Origin: Sarea resinae
Lineage: Eukaryota
Assembly (NCBI GenBank): GCA_026026165.1
Contig: JAPEUD010000004.1
Span: 620,001-663,728, forward strand
Length of the DNA: 43,728 bases
Direction of reading: 5' to 3'
The notes under the pieces: model-generated
The model's input: the letters and a program-made list of their open reading frames with translations, nothing else
Databases searched by the model: none
Told to the model about the DNA's origin: nothing
Position numbers and translations under genes: made by a program
In this document: piece after piece, positions 1 to 11,798 of the stretch
How the letters are laid out: each line of letters starts with the position of its first letter
How positions within the stretch are numbered: the stretch's first letter is position 1

Positions 1-245
1 GGCGTGGTGGATGAGCGATGAATTGGCAATCCTTTCGTTAAGGACTCGAGAGGGGGAACAAGTTTGCAATTCTGCGGACATCCCTCTCGAGAAGTGCCGC
101 TGTTGACGTCTTGCTTGGCAGCTTCGACACCTCTCTCCCCCTCCCTCTGCCTCTCTCTGTCTTCTCTCTCGTGGATCTCTTCTTAGTCTGCGAGGGGTAC
201 TGTACCAGATATGCCGTGACACTGTGACAGCGGCTGAGTCTTCTG

Positions 246-577
246 TTGACTGTGGGGTTTTTCCTTCCAGACCTGCCAACCTCGTACGGAACAGATGGTA
301 TCACCAAGAACAGCAAGGGAACGATATACCGCCACGTCCATACTTTCACAGACCGTCTTCATGGCATGGTCCCATTGTATGGTGCGGCAGAGGTCAGAAC
401 GAATGTGCTCGGAAGTCTTCGGGGAAGAGCCATAGCTTGGTACACGTCACAACTCTCGTATCTGGAGAAGGAGGGGTCTTCATGTCGGCGAGGGGGTATT
501 CTTATGGGCTACTGCCCTTATCAGGAAGTCCAAGGAATCCAATAGTGTCACCGATGCTAAGCCTACCTTGATACACA
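246..577 (+). mobile_element. Frameshifted relic of a fungal Ty3/gypsy-type LTR retrotransposon gag-like ORF
   Basis: Translation VGFFLPD...TIYRHVHTFTDRL...VRTNVLGSLRGRAIAWYTSQLSYLEK continues, after a frameshift near 475, as GEGVFLWATALIRKSKES. This resembles from recall the 'YRDVHLF..R...VR.NL..CLRG.AL.WY' gag N-terminus of ascomycete gypsy elements. No pol or LTR seen. Confidence 0.5.
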
Positions 578-3500
578 TGTTCCACGCATCAATTTCTGTG
601 TGTATCATTTGATTTCTGCTATCATGGATGGAACCAGTATCGAGTTTGGCTGAAAAGCATCAACGGCTCTTGTTTTGTATCACGCGCCTTCTTTCGGGAA
701 TGTCACTAACGTTCTGTTCAAAAAGGTCCAGAAGTCAAGACGTCTCGTGCGAACTGGGCTGTACCTTGATAGGGACTGGTCTCTTCCCTTGCTTAGCTAC
801 CATGTGGTCCCTATTTCATCGGCTGGCAGCTGAAGAGTGGACGAGGCAGGATTCTCGCGAAAGGGAAAATTTCCTTTTTGCGGTCGTGACGGCTGGCTGG
901 CTGACCACTCACTGCTCGCTAGGACATTGCTGGTTTTCTTTTAGTCGAACTAGAGCCTGGCAGATGGAATAATTCCGAGGTGGCTTGTCGTTGATGATAC
1001 GCTGAATGAGTATCGTCGGAGAGATGAAGAGGAACGCAACAGAGTCCAGCGATAAAGAGAAAGGGGGTTGGGGGCCGGGGACGGAAGGGATGAAACAGCA
1101 ACAAGCACTTAAAGGTTTGTTGATTTTCGGAAGAAAATTGTTGATACAGAGGACAGCGACAGGTGATTCTCATGCAACAGGGAAGATGCGGAAGTTGAAA
1201 GAAAGGATCGCAAGCCGCGGGTCTGGCTCGGCAACGACTGTCGTTTTGGAGGAGTGATCTCGTGCTCAGAGCCGACGGAATTTTGAGGGCGATTGAGCGG
1301 CCAAGGGCAGGAGCTGAAAGCAGCCTCGACACTCGTCGATATTGTCTTTCGGATAGGGTTTGAATCAACGTCAATCAGCTTGGCGCGATCGGACTACCAT
1401 CTGTTGATGATGTCTTGATAGGTGCGCGAAAGGTTTGGATACCATAGGGCGATTTTACTCATCATTAAGAGGAGGAGAGAAGAGAGGAGCTTGATGACCT
1501 CTTACGGATTACGATTACGGGTACGCTCCAGGAAATTTAAGTTCGCTTGAAGCTGGAGGGAGTAGAGTCGGGGAGGTAGTGCTACCATGAGCGAGTCATA
1601 ATGCCAAGGCTGGAGCCGTTGGACAGGCTGTGTTCCTGGCTTGAGCAAATGAGACCCAGACGACCGCGTTATCGCCTTATCCTCGATATAGGGTTGAATG
1701 CTGCAAGATCATCCAGTTGGTGAAGAACCTCGTTATGAGGTCTAATCCGTCGAACCGGACCAAACGAAGAGGATGATGAGGATCTGGGACTCTTTTCTGG
1801 ACAGCGAAGAAGCGAAGAGCGTGCTGAGCCTGAAATGCCCAGTGGTTTATGTCAGGATATTCCAGCTCATTCAACCGCTCGCTCTCTGCTGGAGCTTGGA
1901 GATAAAGTATACAGAGAAAGAGAACCAGACACAGTGCATTGCATGAGCGGGACAGGCTCCCATTGTCGAAAGCGGGTGCTCGCGGAAACCAAACAAAGTC
2001 CGTCTTCACCATCCCGCAAAACGGGCGTATACTAGGATTTTGTGTTTCCTCGGGTCCAAAGCGTGCGTCAGATCTAAACCAGAGGCCGTTTGATCGGCGA
2101 ACCTGATGCGATGCGGACGAAGGTGGATCATTTGGACAAAACCGGAGGGGGCAGGGCAACAGGTTTGTTTTGTCTTCTGAACTACGATTGCGAATTTGGG
2201 GAAGGGACTTGAAAACAGAGAACATCAACTGAAATGTGGCACGGATGGACACCTTGATAGAGGTGATTCATCCCCAAAATTTGCCCTACGGAAAGAGAAG
2301 AGAAGGCACTTGAATATTTGGCTGGCGTCACGCTCGAGGCGCCAATCATCATCGGAATTTTAGAGAGGTCAGGAGTGGGCAAGGTATTATAGGGGCCAGG
2401 ACTATGCTCAATGTGCGACCAGCGATCAGCAGCAGCGGCATATATAAACGCTTTTCGGGAACAGCTATCGGAAAGCAATATATGGCCGAAGCAATCGAGT
2501 CCTTTTGAGAGTGCTTCTTTTACCGATTTCGGCTTTCTTTTTTGCGACAAAATTCTTGTGTGTGAACGGCTAAGCTTTGTCGACTGCTTGGGTAGCTGGG
2601 TCATTCAGACGATTTGTCCAGCGCAATCGCGCAACGGCATAGGAGAACCACGGATGAACTCTTTTCGAGTCATCACTGGTGATGAGTATCGGCTCATCGC
2701 TGGCTCTGTGATCGTACGAATGGAATACGCCTTATTTCAACCGACCGGTTCACCCAATGCCTGGGTCTCGAAGGGGAGCGTCAAATAGGCTCCGATAGCA
2801 GAGAATGAAGCCATGCCTGGTCGTGGGATATTCCTGCAACCGATGCTGCAGTGGTCTGGGCAAGGCGGCTGGATCTTCATAGCGGGTGGATTCTCTTCTG
2901 CCGACCATGATTTTATCACCTTCTTTTTGAGAGATGGGTCAGTCATCGAGAAGTATCTGTCTAGACTGTACGCCCACGGACACTGCGAGATTAGAATTAT
3001 TTCTCAGCGTCTGTGAAGACCGAAAAAAACGCCAATGGACGAAAGGACGGTATAGTTGGAGGCTCTGAATGAAGAAACAATGGTGGGATGATACAACGTG
3101 ATGAGATGGTAATGATGAGCCAGTCTTTGATTGGGTCAGCAACCTCTTTCGACGAGCGGAAAGGCCAATCTGCAGATAGGAGTGGAGCTTGGAAGAGATT
3201 AGGCGGGCCCGAAGAGCCGGGAGAGATTCGATTCCAACGGCCTCTTGGTCCATTGGAATTATATTGACAGACGGAGGAATATAGGGATGAGGCCGCTGGC
3301 CAGTGAAGACGGTGGTTTGTCTGATCCAGTCTAATCCTCGGCCAGCAAGCTAGACAAAAAGCTTGTCGTTTTTTGCCCATTACCTTCCGCTCGCAGGTCT
3401 TTCAGCGTTCTGCCTGATCTGAGTATTTTCGATATGGTGCCGCGTCTCGCAGCCAGAAATCTGTCAAGGGGTGAAGAGCCGACGTGGACTGGGATAACTG

Positions 3501-4919
3501 GAGCCCGAGCGAGCCGTATCTGTTAAACCAAGGAGACGAAAGTCTAGAGAATGCCCTTTTAATCTGAGGACTTGGATCATGGAAAATTAGCAAGTCTCTA
3601 GGATCTAGAAACCTGGGGAAGACGCTCGGGAAGGCGGTGGGGAATAGCTTCACACAGGGTTTGGAAGGCTTGTTAAAAGCGATACGAAAGCGTTTGTGTA
3701 CGCGGCTTGGGGGTGGGGTGAAGCTGGCGGGTTTCAACAAAGGTACACAAGCTCGACGGATGGATTTATGATTGCTAACGCTGGATTGGCTCATAAGCTG
3801 TCTACATATCGCCTCAAGGGTGCAAATTATCGATGCTTCTCCTCAGTAGAGGATATATATTCGAAACAACGTCACCACACAAGAATGTGATGGTGAATCT
3901 GAGAAATATCGGACGTGGTGGGACTAGGAAAGTGGATTTATGGAGTGTTTTCGGAGTGCCGATGGCAGGCAGAGCAACCCACTGGGCCACCTTTGCCCTT
4001 GCTTTTATATAAAGCCGAAAACATTTGAGCACAAGAACACCAATTATCAGACATTCGCGCACCTACGTGCATGTTTATATAGGACGGCAAAGACAATAAG
4101 GCCGCCGAAAAACAGGATGTTAGCTACCTGAAAACCCTGCCTGAAAGAGGATGGCAGGAGTCTTGTCTAGGCTTAATTAAAGCCACGAAAAGCATATTAC
4201 GTTAGCAGAAGACGCGAGGGGTTCTCCAATTCCGAGCAAAGAGGGAGCTACACCTAGGACGAGGACAGGGACGGGCGCGCCGCACTGGACGACCGCTAAA
4301 GACACTATTCAATGGATATCACCCTAGGAGAAGGGATTCCCCCTCCTCGCCTCCCACCCCCCCAAATCTCCCCTTCCTGGCCCATACCCACACCGCAACA
4401 GATCCCCGCCGCTAGACCAGGGCCAATACATTTGTAATTGGCTACAATGCCAGCAGGTCTTCTATTCGTTTGTAGGAATTGACGTAGGTTATTAAATGCT
4501 TGAATGGCGCTATAAAACAGAGGCTAATAGATATTAGGGGCACATAGGTGACTGACGACCTACGACAGCACACTACGAAGTTGTGTATAGAGGGTGTTTG
4601 TTGCTACTGATATAGTGAGGGCAACAGGCGGCAGAGGGGAGTTCTGGCGTGCTGTTAAGCAGGCAAGAGCAGCGCCGATGGATTATCATTGACCGCTACA
4701 GTGACGACTTTCCCGCCCAAGGCGGGTCCCAGGTTCGGGCCGAAAACCAAATGGTACTGGGAATAGTACAAAGCACCTTGCGGCGCAAGAGCAGCTAGAC
4801 ACAGGTGGGGTCAGGGTCTGGAACATTGCCATTAGGAGAACGCTGGCAACAGCTAGCTTTATGCTCGCGGGCCTAACACCGCTCCTGGCGGACAAGCCGC
4901 TGGTGGTGTAGAGCCCTAG

Positions 4920-5500
4920 CCCTACGGTAATCCTTCGTTATAGTTATATGTCTCTGTACTAGTAACACTAGGTAGCTTACTAGAAATCAGGTAGTGTTTA
5001 GTATATCTATAAAAGTCGTGTATACTAGTAACTGTTATTATTAGTAGGTTAAAATTACCTTATATGTGAGATGCGCTGCTATGTAGTAGGCAAATGTGCA
5101 TAGTATATAGGCGCTATCAATATGTAGGCAGTATTTCCTATCTTAGTCTACCTTAGTCTACCTTAGGTTAGTTATTCACAGTAAGTAATCTAGCCTACAA
5201 TACTATACTACAACTAGCAATTCTCAAAAGGTACAGTGGTCTAATAGATAGAAATACATGATATTTATATTTTAGAGAATCTTTCACTTGTAAAGAGATT
5301 TTTTACAGAGTTAGAAAATTATACTAGTAGATAGATATATTATAGAGTACTATCTGTTTAGGCTTTTCGACTACTGAAAGAAAGAGTCAGCTTGAGAGAG
5401 ATTTCGTAGTAGAAGGTATAGACCTTGCCTCTGCTGAGTAGGACTGTAGCTTGTAGACTGGAGACTATAGACTGGAGATTATAGACTGCAGAGAGCTATA
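4920..5500. repeat. AT-rich, TpA-rich, ORF-free patch (RIP-like mutated repeat relic)
   Basis: Visible excess of TA/TAG/CTA, no ORF of 60 aa or more inside, sharp contrast with GC-rich flanks. Element family not identifiable. Confidence 0.6.
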
Positions 5501-5620
5501 TCAAAGAAGAACAAGAATCCTCCCACCCACTTTCTTTCAATCAGTAGACTCGTATCTAGCACCCCAACAGCATCCACTCCACGTGCGACAGCGCTGGCAG
5601 CAGCAGCGTCCTCGACAGAG

Positions 5621-5680
5621 ATGCATTGTATTGTATTGTATCGTGTTGCATTGCATGGCATCGCATTGCATCGCACTGAT
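5621..5680. repeat. Degenerate pentanucleotide microsatellite (ATTGT/GCATT/GCATC)
   Basis: atgcattgtattgtattgtatcgtgttgcattgcatggcatcgcattgcatcgc. Confidence 0.7.
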
Positions 5681-6423
5681 TGCGGCTTACGATGGCGATC
5701 GCGAACAAGAGAGGCATGTAGGGCTATTCGGCGGCCCGTGAGAGAAGCGTGTTTGGTGGCTGTCTATACAGCTATCGAGATTTCTGCTTGTGGGAGAGAG
5801 GATGGCGGCGGAGGCGGCGGCGGAGGCGGGCGGACGGGGGGAGGGATCGTGTTTTGTGTCTGTGATAGCACGGTGTCGTGGAGTGAGTGAGGGAGTGGGC
5901 CGGATAGGAGAGATGGGTGCGGGTGCAGGTGTGGGTGGCGGTGTTGATGAGCTGGCGATCCGCCGGCTGGCTGGCTGGCTTTGAAGACGTGCTCGGTGGC
6001 TGGTGACTGGGCTTGAGTGTGGTGTTGTCAAGGGTATTTCTGAGGAGTCATCTGCTTGTGGATCGCGCGGGACGGATCGAGATGGAAAGGAGACGGAATG
6101 GAGATAGAATGAGACTGTCATCAAAGATGATAAGAGATCCATGTCGTGGTCCATCGCGCGTTGCGTGTATTCGAAATACGAAGTACGAAATAGGAAAGAC
6201 TCGACCGGGTGGACACAGCAAGTCATTTGTTTGAACGGAAATTGACTAGATCTATCCGTACCCTTTACTTGACAAGGCAGGTATGATTGATACTTCTGTC
6301 GCCACTTCCAAAATCGATCCTAAACAGACTCTCTCTCTACCGACACATCTGGGGTGATTTCCCCAGCCCAAAGATGATCACCATCTGCGAGATCAACCCA
6401 CAAGAAGAGCAACCCATCCGACC

Positions 6424-7191
6424 TCACAACAACGCACCAAATTCGGGTCTGGCCCATCTGGCCACGGGGGTCAGGGCATCGTGATCCTCATAGACATAGC
6501 CATCGCTTGCCGCATCGGCGCGCGCCGACAGCATGGGCTCGATCATGCGGCCCGACGCATCCAAATGCAAGCCGCCCTCAAACCACGTATTGACGAGGGT
6601 GCTGATGCAGTCGCGAATCATGCTACAGGCGAGCTCGTGCGGACCGTAGATGGTGCCCGAGGTGCGCAGGTCGACGAGCAGCCGCTCGGCCAGCTCGAAC
6701 CAGCGCCGGCCGGCGATCAGCTCGGGGATCTCCCGGGCGCGCGTGCGCATGTTGCGCAGCGAAAATATCCAGATCTCGTACACGGCGTGGTCGATGGTGA
6801 TGTGCTTTTTCATAGACATCTCCGGGCTCAGGAACGCTGCTCTTTCGGAATATGTGTACGATGGTGGCGGCTGTTGCCATCGCAGGTCGCGGACGGCCTG
6901 GTGCACCTGGTGGAAGAACTGGTCCTGGCGAGGCGTAAAGTCGGGCGGGCCCCGGTCCTGCAGCACGCGATCCCAGAGCATCTTCTCCTCGAGCAGCTCC
7001 ATGGCTACCTCGGACCAGCTCTGGGCGTCCCAGACGGCCTGCGGGAAGGGAGGTTGTGGGAAGTCATCTGGGAGGTAGGCGGCGTATTTCAGGCTCTGAT
7101 TGAATGCTATGATTGTCGTGAGGGAGGTCATCAGCGTTGCGTAGAGGCTTGGACGAGGTCCTTCGCACTCTCGGTAGAGTGTCTGCGGCAT
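6424..7191 (-). CDS. Hypothetical protein (about 255 aa from first ATG, MPQTLYREC...), no recognised domain
   Basis: Long GC-rich open frame with protein-like composition. The ORF-track start at 7260 is TTG; first ATG is at 7191. Upstream exons cannot be excluded. Confidence 0.55.
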   Translation of the reverse strand: MPQTLYRECEGPRPSLYATLMTSLTTIIAFNQSLKYAAYLPDDFPQPPFPQAVWDAQSWSEVAMELLEEKMLWDRVLQDRGPPDFTPRQDQFFHQVHQAVRDLRWQQPPPSYTYSERAAFLSPEMSMKKHITIDHAVYEIWIFSLRNMRTRAREIPELIAGRRWFELAERLLVDLRTSGTIYGPHELACSMIRDCISTLVNTWFEGGLHLDASGRMIEPMLSARADAASDGYVYEDHDALTPVARWARPEFGALL

Positions 7192-8936
7192 CTTATTTCG
7201 TAGGCCGAAGGCAACAGGTAGCAGCCGATAGGATTTGGTTTCTGGAGTCCGTTGGGACAACGTCGTATATGAATCTCTCTCGACCGAGGAGACGCGCCCA
7301 CCAGCTCAATCGATGATACTCGTATATCACCGTCCTCGTCGCTGTATACGTAGATAGACCGAACGCCGACTCCTACTGCTAGTCTATTTCCCGTGAAACC
7401 GGGGCAGAGACAAGTAGCCAAAATCTATATGGAGCAAGAAAACGGATCGTTTCTGTAGGAAAGCCACTTGATCCTGCCTTCTTGCTTTCGTTATTTTTTC
7501 CTTTTCGACTCGATAGCCAACGTCGATGCAAGAGAAACAGAGCGAGAAAGACAGAGGAGGGAGAGGTGGGAGAAAAGGCGAAAGCAAAAGGATAAGGGAA
7601 AGTGAAAGGACAAGAAAAAGAGAACTAAGCCTCTTCGGGCCGATAATTCGAGGGTGGAGAAGACAGGGGGATTCGAATATGAGAGAGGATAGACGGATTT
7701 CATACCCATCCGTCCTTTCGTCCTTGCATCTCTGGCTCCCATACGATGGAGCTGAGTTGGGTGGGTTAGACAAAGTCGGGCGTTGCCATCACCCGGTCAC
7801 CCACTGACGCTCCGTACCCAACTTCATCGTCATCTCTTCATCTTTCGTCTCCGTTCAGCTCAGAGTTTCTGTCCCCTTGCCCTGCCCACATGCATTCACC
7901 CGTCTCATCTTTGCTCTTAGCTTCGATCGTCTAATATAGAAGGACTCGTCTCTTCCCATTTTATCCTCTATCTGCTCTGCCGCCCCCAATTCCGTGTATC
8001 ATCCTCTTCATATTTTGAATCCTTTGTTTTTCGTTCGCTTTTGTAGTACGTAAAGGAAGTCTTGAATGCAGATCCAACAAATCACGGATAACTGTTGGAG
8101 TCTATAACGGATTCTTTGGAATTGAACATTGCTCTTTGAACGGATTTCCAGAGGAGTGGTAGTAGGAGTAGTAGTAGTGTTGTCGTCGTCAAAGTTGGGG
8201 GGGACCAGAGTATCCAAAATCAAGCGCTTAGTCATCCATTCCATCCACCGGCCCCGTAGCCCCCAAGCTCCATGAAGTGTGTAAATAATCATCCAAGTAA
8301 TTCCCCGTACACAACGCCCACCCACACGACTGTTTCTAGTCCGTCTACTTTGTGCCTCGTGCTGCACCACCCAGGTGTGCCAGCCAGCCTCGAGCTGCTC
8401 GCTCGCGCACATCCAGACACACGTTCATAGGTAATCGCATTTGCTCAGTCCTCCCAGTCGTTGTCGCATGTTTCTACGGTTTACAAGGAGAAGTGGACTG
8501 TCATGGGTAGGTGGCTAAGTAGTGGCTGTGGAGTGCTCGATTGGGCCATATTAGGATTCATAATCAATAAGGGAATTGGATGGAGGAGGTCGGGGGTGCG
8601 ATTGTATTGTTTGTGTATGAACTATGGAACAAGATGGGAAGAGAAAAGGAGCGGGGGCGGGGAAGAGGGGCAGCGGGAAATGAGACGCGAAGGTGAATGG
8701 GTCAGGCTGGATAGAGAACAGAACGTTGATGATAAAGGGGCCAAGGGTATGGGGTTTGTTTGATTCAATACAGAAAAAAGGAGACCGGAATGCCTCTAGA
8801 CTCGACCCCCAAGGTTTGACTCTTACAATGTTAGCAGGAACGCCAGGAATCCATCTATACTCGTTTCCCATCAAACCGAATCGAGCCATCGATCATATTA
8901 CCCAAGTCATTCTTGTGGATGAGCAGAGTCCCCTGG

Positions 8937-11287
8937 CTACAGAACGCCGTCGCCGTCGCTGGCCTGATGGCCCGGTCCATTGTCTGGCCCATCATGAGCA
9001 GGAGGCTGATCGCCGTACGGATAAGACCCGCCCCTGCCACCGAAATCGAACGCGCTGCTATTGATGCAGTAAGGGTGCCAGAGAGCCGTGTTTTCCTCTC
9101 CACGTGGAGGGCCGGGTGGGTATGGACTGTCTGGCGGACCTGGTGGTTGTTGTGTAGAGCGATGGTGATCTTCCGGGGAGTCTAACTGCGCCAATTGGTG
9201 GAGGGTTGATCGGGTGTTGCGTTGGTACAAGAGAGAAAGTGCCGGTATTTCTGGTCTTCTTTCACTGTGTGTGGGTGGCTGGGCTGAGGGTTGGGATGGA
9301 GGTCCAGGATATCGGTAGGAGGGAGGTCCTCTGTCTTCACGCCTTCTTATCGGCCACATCGGGATGTAACCTATAATTGAATTGCAGGAATCAGTAAGTC
9401 AGCTCGGCTCAGGTCAGCTCAGCCGGGGCTCGGAGTACGTGTGCTTTGAAGATGATGAGTGGCAGGCGGTTTCCATGACAAAGGGAGGGAAGCCGGAAAG
9501 GTGATGAGAGAGGGACAGACATATATCCCAAGCTTGACATCCACCGGTGCAACCAGCCCATTCGGGGGCCCATCCAAGCCAGGCAGATAGCTCTTCCAGG
9601 GTAGAGAGCCAGCTCTTGATCGCGATGACTAGTCGCTGGTTTTGGGTCTCGTTATCGCCAGCATCGGTATCCCGGTAATTGTAAGTGCTTAGCCATTCCC
9701 GTTCGACGCCCAGCCCGACTTCCACGATCGCATTGCAAATTCCGGAGAGTATTCCTTCGATCGCCCATTTCAGTGTCGCTTGTTCTGGACTTAGCAAAGT
9801 GATCTTTTGGATGCGGGAGCTTGTGCGCGACTTCTGGCATCGACCAAGAGTCGTTTGGCCCAGAGGCGAGAAGATAGTGAATTCTTGGTTCAAATAGGTG
9901 CTATTTGATAGGTCGGAGGACGGATATTCAAAGAATGGCAGCAGAAGCAGGTGAGTTCTGCCCCGGATGGATGCAAGAGTCTGCCGAGGAGAGAGTTCGT
10001 TGTTCGTCCCCAGCGTGCTGTTTCGTAGAAGATCTACGAGTTCGGCGAGTGGGGATGCGTAAGTCTTAACAATCTCGCGGATGAGTAGTGTCCAGTCGAT
10101 GTCGATCGTTGTCCTCGCGGTGGCCGAGTGAGTAGACGAGTTCAAGGCCTCAAGGACTCGCTGTACCGATCCCCTTATGGATGAAACATCTTGCTGGCTA
10201 ATCTGATTCATACGATGGAGTCTCCGCCGGCGAGTTAAAGATTCGAGCGCAAGACTCCTATCAGCTGCCTTCCCAGGCCCCCGCCAGTGCCCCTCGGCAG
10301 TAAGATTCATGGTCGTCTGCTCGGTCTGAATCCGTGCCGTCTCCAGACTTTTCAACTCTGGAGAATACAGATTGACCGTCGCTCCCGAAAAGACCTTTAC
10401 GCGCGTCTCGCCTCCACTAGGGCCCATGCTGGTCCAACCATACCGTTTTGCCGCGGCCGAGAACCACTGCCATTGTGAGCTGACGAGAAAAGGTTCGCGA
10501 TCGAAGATATTCGATGCTTTAGAGACCAGAGGAGCGGTGACATTAAGATGTGAGACTAGCTGCAGCGAGGGACTGCTGAAGTTACACCAGATCAACTCGA
10601 ACCCCGCATTCATCCTCACGATACCCTCGACGCCCCATCCGGGCCCTCCCAACTTTTTCTCTTTCACCCAGTCGCAGTGATGCTGTGCGCGGTCGTATTC
10701 AAAGCCAAGGGGCCCGCGCCATGAGAAGTTCCCACCTCGGCTCGCATTGCCATAAAGGAAGATATCCTGATTGTGCATGGGTCCGTCGCCATTGAGACTT
10801 GCAGAGGCACCATCGAAATAGAGACAGCGAACGGGCTGCGTGGTTTGATACGTGGCCATGTGGGAGCCACGTTCGGAGCCCATGATCCCGTATGACATCT
10901 CTCTGTTTGCATATCAGCGCCAATAAATAATGACTGCCACGATCGAGCTTACATATCAAAGGCCAACCACTCAGGATTTGGCGGAAGTCGGTCGGTCCCC
11001 CATCCGTGGTAGAGGTTCGTATATGCGGGAATCTCGCAGGGCGTGATGCTGTGGCCGGTGGTGAAGAAGGAATTGGACCATCCCTGAAGGAGCCCATGAC
11101 TAGAGGAGAAAATGAGGGGTGCAGATGAAGAGAAGTTGTAGCGTAAGTAGGGCTGATTGATGGTTGCAGGCTGAATTTGGAGAGGTTCTTGCGGGGAATA
11201 ATTGTATGAAGATACATGCGCGCTGGAAAAAGTGCAGAAATGAAGGATCAAGAAATATACGCTGAAAGGTTCTAAATACTGAAGCAT
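8937..11287 (-). CDS. Secreted conserved fungal protein, YOR389W/YPL277C-like family (3 exons, about 716 aa)
   Basis: Exons 11287-10953, 10902-9521, 9370-8937 splice in frame (2151 nt). Hydrophobic N-terminus (MLQYLEPFSVYFLILHFCTFSSA). Motifs LYHG...EWLAFDIE, LYFDGASA, EYDRA..C, GIVRMNAGFELIWCNF, C..WDICYIPMWP, P.C.N recalled from this family. Pro/Gly-rich tail. Confidence 0.7.
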
Positions 11288-11798
11288 GACTATCTGTGGC
11301 GCCGTGCGTTGAAAACAAATAATCGCTAAACGGTGAAGCACTCGCAAGCGCAGTGCATAAGCGTCTCAATGCGCGTCGAAATCTACTGAATGTAAGACGC
11401 TGATATGAATAGATCTCTGCCTTGTTGCCTTCTCTCTGGCCATGATGCAGATGAAAATGGAAAGAAAGACGATTGCAGAGGATTGCAGACGAGAGAGAAA
11501 ACTGGTGGGATTCGTTATCAACATCTTGGACGTTGTGGCGTTGATTGCAGGGCTGCAGGGTTGCAGGGGAACAGTGAGCACCGCTTGGCCACGTAAGCCG
11601 CGTAAGCCGATCCTCATTGGGACGGAATTCGACAACACCAAAACGTGGCATTCGGACCAGATCATTTCTATTGTAGCAAGTACTATCGCGAGCATTGTTG
11701 CGGACCACAACGACGCGACCAGCCATATGAACGCCAAGCCGATTCCCAAGGCCTCCTGTCGATGCGCCGTATGCATGCTAAAACTATGCTATGGACCG

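Noticed and set aside
2440..2500. GHILLSD resembling a protein kinase 'GHI.L.DFG' motif
   Set aside because: No DFG, HRD or other kinase motifs in frame.
6481..7203. 240-aa plus-strand ORF
   Set aside because: Mirror frame of the minus-strand hypothetical gene with a non-ATG start; the minus strand is more protein-like, though the strand is not proven.
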